64,000 nt of DNA from Phallusia mammillata (Eukaryota): contig OZ281495.1 of assembly GCA_965637545.1 (NCBI GenBank), positions 13,826,001 to 13,890,000 of the forward strand, in the 5' to 3' direction. Under the pieces are notes generated by a model. The model ran no database searches and was not told the origin of the DNA. It was given only the letters and a program-made list of their open reading frames with translations. Both the position numbers and the translations under genes were made by a program. Shown piece by piece: positions 1 to 12,000 of the stretch. How positions within the stretch are numbered: the first letter of the stretch is position 1; the number at the start of each line of letters is the position of its first letter.

Positions 1-3000
1 CAGGATGTTTCTGCCCTGAGGGAATGTTCCAAGACGGAATGGAATGTGTTCCGAAATCCGAGTGTCTATGCGTGTATAACGGAACAAGGTAAAACCGACA
101 AAACACATGTCAGTCTATAACTCTAACTGCTCTACATTTACGTGGTAGTTTTTTAATCTTGTAAATGATGTTAAAATCCTGAATGTATTTTGAACACTGA
201 AGACGGAAACTTGAACTAGTCATTGAAATCATTACGTTTTAAAACGAGGCAAAAAAACGTCTTGTAATATGCAACCGATATGTATGTGTGCTCAGCGGTT
301 TGCAGCGTTGTGCGTTGGGTATTTAACATTTGCTTACATATTTAGTAGCAGTATGTTGCACTTTTTAGATACCCCAGTGGTGGTGTTTGGACTATAGAGT
401 CCACATGCAAGTCTTGTAGTTGCGAAGAAGGTTCTGTGGAGTGCACCTCCAACTGCAAACTGACTTGTCTCTCCAATCAAGCTCTTGTTCAACCGAAAGA
501 CGGCTGCTGCTATTGCAGACAAGGTAAAGAAATTTTCATCATGGTAATGGTGGTTAAAAATAACAGATATTTATTCTCTTGGGCTAACGCTGAGTCATGT
601 CCAAAGAAAGTTCAGTGATTCTAAGCATGTTTTGTTGCAGTTGAGACTACAACTGAACCAGTAGAAACAAGCACATCATCTGCCACAACCACCAGCCCAC
701 CATTCATGACCTCCACCACCTCATCAGAAACCAGTAGCACTGGTGTAACTGAAACCAGCACTGAAACACCATGCATCGGTTGTGTAGCCTCGGGAAGGTA
801 TGGAAAAATATTACTGCACCAATTAAGACGTCGCTTGTTCGTTTAGAAATGTTGTAAACCGTTACCATAAAACAGGTGCAACAACAACTTACTACTCTTT
901 GTACCTACAAGAAGGATTTTAAATTTAACTATGTTTAGGGTTCAAACTTTTGTTCAACAATATAGCCATCTTAAATATTTTGTTTACATGGTCTTTTATA
1001 TGTGTATTTTGAATAGCTGTCAAGCAGTCGGTGCTTCATGGCAGACCAACCCATGTGAGACTTGCTCATGCACCAGCGAGCTGGGAAGCGTAGAATGCTT
1101 TGTGCAGATGTGCGCTGTGGAAGAGTGTGAGGATGGTTTCCATCTTATTAGCGTGGAAGGAAAATGCTGCCCTGTTTGTGGTAGGTTTTACTCTTGTTTA
1201 ATATTTGAACTACCACATTTGTCAAACCAATGTTGAACTTCATACTGTCTTCAATAACGAACATTAGGGCTTGCATATTTTGTTTAATATTCATTCTACA
1301 AAGAGGTTTGATACAAGATTTACATCTCTAACTCAAAACAGACTACTATTTTTATTCTTGAACACAATTATTACTTGGTCATTTGGCCAAGGGTTCAGTG
1401 ATGTATAAAATCTCAAACAATTGCCCAACTGGTGGTTTTAAAACAAAATCTTTGTATATTTAGATAAGACTTGCCCTGGCGAGTTCCAGTGCAACGAAAC
1501 GTCATGTATTCCACTGCGATGGGCTTGTGACGGAACAATTGATTGCATCAACGGACGCGACGAGTATGATTGTCCTGAAACTACGACTACCGCCGTCCCA
1601 ACCGTTTCCACCACCACCAGTGCCATGGTAACCACTACGACCACCAGCTCCAGTGGTGTGACCATAACAACAACCCTACCTCCAGTATCAACTCCAGCAC
1701 CAGGTGAAAACAATTGTATTTATTTCGTAGAATTTCTATGTCGATTTGGCCATGATAGATGATCTGGTTTGCCATATAATTCCAATAGTGCTAGACATTT
1801 GTTTAGAATAGATTCCACTTGCACCAGTTAATCCAGGTACTGCATTGCATTGACATGTTTGTCGGGGTTGACAGTAGAAAACACATTTTATGGTACTTCG
1901 ATATGGTTGCTTCAGATGGTGACATTTAGTAGTTAACTTTAGATTCTATTTAAATAAAGAAACTGATGTCATTTTTTTTATTTGTAGTTTGTGCACCACC
2001 CTCCCAGGAGGCAAACTGTTCCAGCTGTCGAACCAGAGTTTGTGCAAGTTTCGGTGAAATGTGTTACGCCAATGAGGTTATTGAAGGCACAAATACCTGC
2101 TGCGAGTGTGATGAGAACACTCTGTTCAATGGCATAAAATGTGTGGAACCTTCTGAATGCTCGTGCTTGGATAGCGACGGTACGTCAGTTTCCAACAGCT
2201 ATTACAGTTATGTGTTTAATGGTTCTTGTCCATAATTGACTGTTTTCTTTTTTTAAATGGTCTTTATTAGGTGGAGTAAGACTCCCAAATCAGAAATGGA
2301 GTGTTGGACAATGTGCTGAATGTATTTGCTTTAACAACAAGGCACGATGTGCAATCAGGGTGGATTGTACGGTGAGAATACTTTTGAACAGTTCGTACGC
2401 GTTTTTGAAACGAATACAAATCGACAAATTTTTATTTACAGGAAACCACAACATCACCCATTCAAACAACAACTATCGGAGGACCAGTTTCCACAACAAG
2501 TACAGCTGGACCAGAAACAACAACAACTGTTGGTGGACCAGTTTCCACAACAAGTGCAGCTGGACCTGAAACCACAACAACTGTTGGTGGACCAGTTTCA
2601 ACAACAAGTGCGGCTGGACCAGAAACCACAACCACTGTTGGTGGACCAGTTTCTACAACAAGTGCAGCTGGACCAGAAACCACAACAACTGTTGGTGGAC
2701 CAGTTTCCACAAGTGCAGCTGGACCTGAAACCACAACAACTGTTGGTGGACCAGTTTCCACAACAAGTGCAGCTGGACCTGAAACCACAACAACTGTTGG
2801 TGGACCAGTTTCCACAACAAGTGCTGGTGGACCTGAAACCACAACAACTGTTGGTGGACCAGTTTCCACAACAAGTGCTGGTGGACCTGAAACCACAACC
2901 ACTGTTGGTGGACCAGTTTCCACAACAAGTGCAGGTGGACCTGAAACCACAACCACTGTTGGTGGACCAGTTTCCACAACAAGTGCAGCTGGACCTGAAG

Positions 3001-6000
3001 CCACAACAACTATTGGAGGACCAATTTCCACAACAAGTGAAGCCGGACCAGAAACTACGACTACGATCGGTGGGCCAATTTCAACTACAAGTGGTCCTAA
3101 GGCAGTTTCCACAACAAGTGCGGCTGGACCAGAAACCACAACCACTGTTGGTGGACCAGTTTCCACAACAAGTGCAGCTGGACCAGAAACCACAACCACT
3201 GTTGGTGGACCAGTTTCCACAACAAGTGCGGCTGGACCTGAAACCACAACAACTGTTGGTGGACCAGTTTCCACAACAAGTGCAGCTGGACCTGACACCA
3301 CAACAACTGTCGGTGGACCAGTTTCCACAACAAGTGCAGCTGGACCTGAAACCACAACCACTGTTGGTGGACCAGTTTCCACAACAAGTGCAGCTGGACC
3401 TGAAACCACAACAACTGTTGGTGGACCAGTTTCCACAACAAGTGCAGCTGGACCAGAAACAACAACAACTGTTGGTGGACCAGTTTCCACAACAAGTGCA
3501 GCTGGACCAGAAACCACAACAACTGTTGGTGGACCAGTTTCCACAACAAGTGCAGCTGGACCTGAAACCACAACAACTGTTGGCGGACCAGTGACTGGTA
3601 AGAAATTGACGCTTGGCATGTATTAAATTAGAGATCACTTGCTTTGACCCCATTGTTTGTACAGAAACTACTGTGTCGTCCATAGTAACGGGCAGTCCAA
3701 GTCCTACATCAACTTCTGGAATTATGACTAGCACCTCAGGTGTAGAAACAACTACCGAACGTAAGTTTCTATATTCATTTTGCGATAGTCTCAAGTCGCT
3801 CAAATTGTCGTTTACCTAACTCATATTGCCTTTTCACAGTTGTCTGCAATGAGCCCTTCCTACCAACCGCATGTGGATGTATGAAAACATGCGAAAATCC
3901 GAACAGTTGTGAGAACGAGTGTCAAATGACATGTGTGTGTCCAGAGGGTCAAGTGATGAACAATGGGACTTGTATTGCCCCAGAAGCATGTCCGTGTTAC
4001 AGAAGCGAAGATGAAAAGATATACAAGGTGATTACGATTTGCCGACAGGAGTTAAGAACATAATTTGCTTGGCATACTTATCTTCCAACATAATAAATGA
4101 CTTTGCACATCGATAAATGGTTATACCTGGTTTCAAAATAGATTGACATATTTCGACGTATGTGTTGTGATTAAATTTATTCTCAAAAAAACTTGGCGCA
4201 TGGCCTTCGGACTAATTTTCGGAACGAAGAATGGTCTAAGCAAGACTTGTATAACGTCTTGTAATTACTTGTTGCAACAGTTTGGTGACATAGTGGAGCA
4301 AGATCAATGTACGAGTTGCATGTGCACAGCAGAAGGATTCGAATGCACAAAATCGTGTAACGTGAAATGTACGTCCAGTCAGCAGCTCGTTGACATACCT
4401 GGACAATGTTGCTACTGCGCTGAACTCCAATGTGAACACAATGGGACTTTTTACGAGGTAAGTAATTAAACTTGGGAAACATACGTACCTACATGGATTT
4501 CATTCTTAATCATCATGCCTTACTAGCACATTTTCTGCGAAGTATTACCTCTGCAACGCTTAATAAGGCCCAAAAGATAGGCGTAAAGTCACAACTTAAT
4601 GATCCGAAATCACCTTTCTTTCAATTAGCCGCAATTGCCTGCCTGCCTGTCTGTTTAATCTATCATCCACGATTTGACTTACCATACATTGGTCGGTATT
4701 TTTTAAGATGGATCAAATCTGGAACAGTGGTGAATGCTCAATGTGCAAGTGTGATGCTAATGGTGTGGCGAGTTGTGGAGAGCATTGCAGCCTTACATGT
4801 GATGAAGGTTTCGAATTAGTGAACCATGACGCTGATGATGACGTATGCTGCAGTTGCAGACCGACTACCAAAGAAGTTTGCGAACAGCCAATCGGCGTTT
4901 TCCGAAAGGTTTGTATATTTTACTTCGGTTTACCACTTGGTTTAATATCCATTTTAAACATCCTAAGCGATTATTATAAAACTAATTAGTGACTGAATCT
5001 GATGCATAACGCGTATGGTCAAAATGTGGTTCTGTTTAACCCTGCAATGGTTGATGTTCGTGTTACTGTAGCTGTACAATTAATGGTTGAAGAAAGTTTA
5101 TCAAACTTTTTACAAATCTGGACACAGACGCGAACATATAAAACAAACATATTCTGTAAATTGGTTGCCGGTTTTATCTTAGGTCGGTGAATCTTGGAAC
5201 GAGGGGCTTTGCTCAAGCTGTACATGCACAAGCGCTGGCAACGTTGCTTGTCTGGTTGTTGCCTGTGCCGCTTGTCCGGCGGGAACAGTCGCATATAGTG
5301 TTGAGGGAAAATGCTGCCCTGAGTGCCTTACCACCGAAACCACAACAACCACACCTTTATCGGCAACAACAACCAGTTCAGGAATGGTTTCCACCACATC
5401 TGGTGTAATAGGCACCACTTCTACTGGACCAGTTACACAGACGACCAGTGGCGAAGGTAACTTTTGTGTGCAAAATATTCGTTTTAACCTAATGATTACT
5501 CATATATTAGTGTGACGAAACCAACCGGGACCACACAAACTTGCTGACTTTTATTGGTATATTTTTAGTTGTGACCACCACGCCAGTTTCATCCACCACC
5601 ATGGTACCATGCGGTAGTGATATGGTCAAATGCGACGGGGAGAGGTGCATTCCCATCGCCTGGACGTAAGTAGACATGTTAATGCGTCAAATTAACGAAC
5701 ATGTGTATGACTAATCATACTAAAATATACATACCTTCACAATGTATACCCATTACTACAGTTGCGACGGAAAACATGACTGCCAGGACGGAAGTGACGA
5801 ATACGATTGTCCTGAGACTACAACCATTATTCCATCGACTCCACCGACTGGGTGTCTTTACGATGGAAAGCTCTATGAACCAGGTAAAAAGAAACTAATA
5901 AACATTCGACATAAATCAATCTTTTACCGATTTTTGGACGATTAGGATAACATGTTGTTAGGTTTAGTTTTTGTGTAAAGGGCGACTTGGCAATCCCAAT

Positions 6001-9000
6001 AAAATGTGAAGTTTAATTGTAAAATGTATATTTGCTCAGGTACTAAGATCGATGAAGGACAATCTGATAACCATTGCTGGGAGGTTTACTGCGACGAAAA
6101 TGGTCAGACACTGTTTGGTGACGACTTCAATTGCGGAACTACAACTCCTGTCTACACCACGGTACCTATCCCACATTTCTTCCAACAAAAATAAATTAAA
6201 CGTTGCAGATGCTTGTGAGTTTAATGTTTATTTTCTAACAGACAACTGAACCCCCAACCACTACTATTCCTCCGCCAGTCTGTGCATTTGAGTGCAGCAA
6301 GGACGAGTGCTTGCCGGATGAGAGCATGGTGTGTGATGGAAAAGTGCAGTGCAGTAATGGTCGGGACGAATCTGGTTGTGTTCCAGGTAGGCACTTACGA
6401 CCATTTTTTAACTTCTGTATTGTTTGGATTATAACACTTGACACCAAAAAATGGTCAAAATTTTCCCGCAGTTTCGGAATGGTGGTTTTGTTTCAATGGG
6501 GCTTCTTGCTTTTCGCCCTTTAAGTTTATTTACCACAGAAACAATGTAATCACATTGTATATTGTATTCAATTGCACCATCAGATTTTCCCAGTAAGAGT
6601 GAATGCTAATGGCGTTTATTTTTCAGTGTGTGGATGCCTGTGCGAATCTGACTGCGACGGACAACCCTTGGCATCGTGCGATGACGTCACCAAGTGCTCC
6701 GAAGACCGCTCTTGTGTTTGTCCACCTGGAACTTACTGGCATACAGGCTTACTGGTCTGCATCAAGGCAACTGCCGATTACTGCCCTTGTGAGATGGATG
6801 GAAAGAAGATGGGCAACTGTAAGATGTTGTTTGTTTGTTTCAATAGTTTTTATCGTGAAAATCTTGGAAAAATCTACCAACATAAGAGCTGTCTAAACGT
6901 TTGCTATACCGACAAGTGACGCAAAGAGCACTGGCAAAAAATTAGAGAAAATGCTGATCGTTGGGTTTGGATAAGGTTACTGATAAATTTGACATAAAAA
7001 TTGACTCAGAAAATTTGTTCCTAACCTTTCCTGTCTAACCGCTAACTATATAATAACTGTGCTCTTTACACCCTCGTTTGTTTTTTAGCGAACTTTGTTT
7101 AATGTAAGTCATATGACCCCATCCTGAATCCATTGTGATTTTACTTTAACCCAGCATTGCTGACGAAGTTTTTCACCAAAACCCCGGTATTGCAATTATT
7201 TTGTTTTGTGTAGCATGGAACATCAAACCATCATGGATGACACAAACCATGTACATGCCCGGTGAGGTTTGGACCAATCAGATGGACGAAAAACTTCCAG
7301 AATCGACCAACGAGGAAGGAGAAGTCTCAAGTATTGACGGTAGTCTGGCTGTGGACGAAAACAGCAACACTTTCTGGGACGTCAACCCGGCAGGTCAGTT
7401 GGTTTACCGAACAATTTCCAGACCTAAAAGTTATAGGTAGCAGTAGTGTTTAATGTAGGAGATGTCCCCGGAAATAAACCCGTAATTTTTAGTCCAGTTA
7501 GCTGCACAAAGTATGGGTTTATCTATTTCCATTGTCCAATATAGTTACAATTGTCGAATTATTTTGTTAGGTGACGTTTTCAACCGGGACATGGAGTTTG
7601 ACCTTGGCTATCTGTATCACGTCATTCGTCTACGTGTCGACTGTCGATTGGCAGACACAATGGACCATGTCGAAAACGGTCTTCAGCTCTTGGTATGAGA
7701 CTTGATCCATTAGCTTAGCTGTAGCATAAACATTGAAATCCTAAGAGTAAGCCCCTTGCAGCACAACATCGTATTGTAACAACCTACTCATACCAGCCCT
7801 TGTTCATTTTAGGCTTTGGAGAAGCAGCCTTACGGTGCATTTAAATGGGTTGAAGTGGCTGTGCTCGGATGCAAAGCCAGTGCAGACTTCGTGCCGGAAA
7901 TTAGCGAACCATTCCAGAGCACAGCTCGAGTCTTCCGCCTTCACATCGACGGAACACAAATACCGAAAGACGACTCACCTGTCGTGAAACGAAAACCCCA
8001 GATCAGCGAAATATCTTTCCTTATTGACGGTAAGCAACACTTTTTTTATTTTTGCTTTCCTAGCAAACTTTTAATAAAGCAACTGCATGTATTTTTTCCC
8101 ATTCACATTGAAATTGTCACACGAAATAAATTTATCTCCAAAATTTTATAAATTTTAATTGGTTACAAACTTCTCTTAATAGCATGTCCGAGTTTTTGGA
8201 GAATATTTTATACAAATCGCATTTTTTTCAGAGCCAACTGTTTGGCCCGAGGGCGACTGTCTTTCCTGCAACTGCAGTTCAGATGGTTCGAACCAGGTCT
8301 GCACGGTGACATGTAACCTTACCCCGGAAATCTGTGCACAAGAAGATAAGATGCTCAAACAGGGAACTTCAGGTATATTTAACATAGAAGTAACACTTCT
8401 GCAGAGGTTTTTGCTTGATCGAAATGGTGTTTTTTTACATGTAAGAAAACTTTCCCAGTTGTTACATACTTTGATTAGTTCGGCATTGTATTATTTACGC
8501 CACTAAACAACTTAGATATTTCTTTAAAAATGTTTTAGAATCAATTTTAAACAATAAAAAAACGTAGTTGACTGCTGCCCAATCTTATCAGTGTACTGGA
8601 GTAATGTCTTAAGGCAATAACAATACATAAGTACATGGAATCACACAGTTGCTTGAAACTGGCAATTAAGTTTCAGTGTATAGAAATGTCTTTTGTGTCC
8701 AGACCAATGCTGTGCTTGCGTGAAAGTCTCGGAAACAACTACAACTCCTGTTGCCACTACAACTACTACAGAAGGTACGTCTACTACAACCAACATAGTG
8801 TTGTACCTCAAATACTACACTTGCAAGTCTTGAATATATATGTAAATAAAATAAATTGTACAAGAATATGCAGCAAAAGTTGTACAGTCAAAGTAATGAT
8901 CAAAGTGTAATGCGATTTGCATAAATTTATTTGGTTTCAATTTACAAGGTGTTGCTCAAACGTCTACCTCGTCTGAATCTGTAACCACCACAATTGGTAA

Positions 9001-12000
9001 CACCGAGTCTACTACGTCGACCGCGGCGTTCACAACCACCACCAGCGGCAGTGTTGAGACCACAACGACGACACCCACAGTTTGTCCTGACTCTTGTCTC
9101 TGTTTGTCGGACTGTGATGGTTCAACCGATGGTTGTTCTGCAATGCCCGAATGCACAATGTCGTAAGTTGCTTCAGATTTTTTTTATTATTGGTCCATAA
9201 GATAATCGCATAGGATTGCAACCAATATGGTTACTTGCAACTAAATTGTGTTGTCTTGCAGATGCGTTTGCCCAAACAGTGCACAGAATTCATACGACCG
9301 TGCCAACTGGAGATGTATTCTGTCGCCGCCCGCTATTTTGTGTCCAGGTGTTACTACCACTACACTGAAGTCCATTGACACCACTACTTCCACACCAGCC
9401 GCCACGACCACCACTCTATCAGAAACAACTACCACCCAGGCACCGATTTCCTCCACTGCCACACGTATGTTTATAGGATCTCGGCCCCTTTGCCTACAAA
9501 TTAAATTTTTTGACCTGTTTGAAATGTGTATAAATACAAGGCCTGCTAGGAAACGAGGTCGCATGGCTTTACATTCGACAAGACATGATGGTTTGGTGGT
9601 AAAAATATTGGCCTCGGCTGTTTGTGGCTTTAAACAACAATGTTGCCGACAAACAGACTGGTCAAGCATTTTATGTCATTTTAAAATGTTTTATTTTTAC
9701 TTCCAGCCTGTGACCAAACCTGTGTCCACAACCTGACTTGTGAGGAAATGCGCGAGTTCAACCCACTTGAGGTACCAGCATTTGCCGCAGAAGCTAATCC
9801 ATTTGTGTGTTCGGAATGTCCGTGTCCATCTGGATCCACCAGAGGTAAACGGAAAATCAGCATGGTTCACTTTCATTGTAGCTAATGTGACATTCAAATT
9901 AACGAACCATTATTTTAGACGAAGCATGGGAAACAGGAATGTGCTTGCATTATCCCGAATTGTGTGAGGGCTGCGTATACCAAGGTGTAACCTACCCAGT
10001 GGACACCAAGTTTGCACAGGGCACTTGTGAAGAGTGTCAATGCGTGATGGTTGAAGGGGAACCAGTCACTCAGTGTTATGAGAACTGCAACCTAAGATCG
10101 TACGACTGCTCAAACGTAAGTTGATTGTGAAAGAAAACGCGTTTGTTTTGACCAGTGTTGTTACGTCTGTGTTTTGATTGCAGTGCAGTTAGTTAATAGA
10201 TTTAGATTTTCCCAACATTTCATTTGTTTCGTTTATTACATTTTAAACTTTTCATCACGCACGGAATATTTGTTTCCTATAAAATTAATGTCGTGTAAAT
10301 ATATCTCTCCTGCTTGCAGAAGGGGATGAGACTGGTTGAGGGCGATGGGGTTTGTTGCCACTGTGAAGCAATTCCTACAACCACAACCATTCCGCAAACG
10401 ACCACCACTGTAGGATCAACCACACCATCTGGTCCACTATGTCCCGAACACTGCATGCGCAATGTAACTTGCGAACAGCAGGTCCGTGTAGTTTTGTACC
10501 TCGAACAATCCATGGCGCTGTAAAAGTACAAGTAGTTTCATTCTTCATTTTTAGAACGAGTACTCTGCGGATGACTCGACGCCGCCATTCGAATTGGATG
10601 AATCGTGCGGTGAATGCGCTTGCCCTGTTGGAAGTGTAGAAGACTCGACCTTCTGGAACACCAGCTTGTGTTTGGTGTTTGAAACACCATGCGATAAACC
10701 ATGCCGTGTTGGTGATATGGTTTACGGGGTAAGTGTTTTGGCGTGGTTTAAACGATATTGGAGAAAACCATTGAAAGCTCTACCATTAAGATGTCTTTTC
10801 AAACTAGCATTATTAGAAAATATGACACTACTATTTCAGTGAATTTATTTTCATCCAGGTGAATGAAACTTACACTCGGGGAGATTGTGAGGCTTGTGTT
10901 TGCTACTACGAGGATGGTCTATTTAAAGAGACATGTGTACCATACTGCGCCATCACCGAACAGGAATGTGCCGCGGAAAACAAAATTCTTCTGAATACAG
11001 ACGATGTTTGCTGCAAGTACGTAGTTTCATAACACGATGTGTTTTAGGTTACTGTAAAGTAACAAAGCTTTTATTTTGTTTAGGTGCATAACAGAGACTA
11101 TAATAACAACAACAACCACCTCATCATCATCTGGTTCTGTTACCACATCTACAGCAATGAGTGAACCAACCACGACACAATCTGGTGCGCTTACAACCAC
11201 GACTGGAATGGCTGGAGAGACAACCACAACACCATCTACGGGGGTTACAACCACAACAGGAAAGGGCGGAGAAACAACCACACTATCTGTGGGAGTTACA
11301 ACCACCACCGAAATGGGCGGAGAAAAAACCACGACTGGAATGGGCGGAGAAACAACCACACTATCAGTAGGAGTTACAACGACAACAGGAATGGCTGGTG
11401 AGACAACCACAACACCATCTATGGGGGTTACAACTACAACGGAAAATGCCGGTGAAGCAACCACTACTGGAATGACTGGAGAAACAACCACCACCGGAAT
11501 GGCTGGTGAGACAACCACAACACCATCAATGGGAGTTACAACCACAATAGGAATGGGCGGAGAAACAACCACAACACCAGCTGCAGGAGTAACAACCACT
11601 ACAGTAATGGGTGAGGAAACAACCACATCAGCTGGTACAATGAGTACGACCAATGTGGTCCAAACCACAACTACCATTGTTGAGTGTCCTGACGAATGCC
11701 TATGTGAACTTGGATGCAATGGAGAACAAGATGCCTGTTCTTCAATGGAGGGTTGTAATGCTTTCTGTCAGTGCTCTGACAGGTGAGTGAATATTTCAAA
11801 GGCACAATTAAATACTTTAAGTATTTTTAGTATTTTTAAAAAATAACATCCTAACGCTCTCCGGCGGTTACTTGTTGGGATTGTTTCTGTAATACTGTAT
11901 GACACTTTTCTTTGCAGTTCGGCTATACATGTCAACGGAAGATGCGCCGTGGCACCTCCAAGTGAGAAATGTGCGGTTGTTACAACAACCACCGGACCAC

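Noticed and set aside
2466-3591. Regularly spaced repeats as a possible CRISPR array
   Set aside because: Units are contiguous with no unique spacers, they are coding, the context is eukaryotic, and there are no cas genes.
2347-3594. 415-aa Gln-rich ORF ([18 protein letters not shown] repeats) resembling a prion-like or gluten-like protein
   Set aside because: It is the +1 shadow of the Thr-rich exon: ACA-ACA reads as CAA-CAA and rarely makes stops. The splice sites at 2442 and 3597 fit the Thr frame, and the ATG lies out of frame inside an upstream exon.
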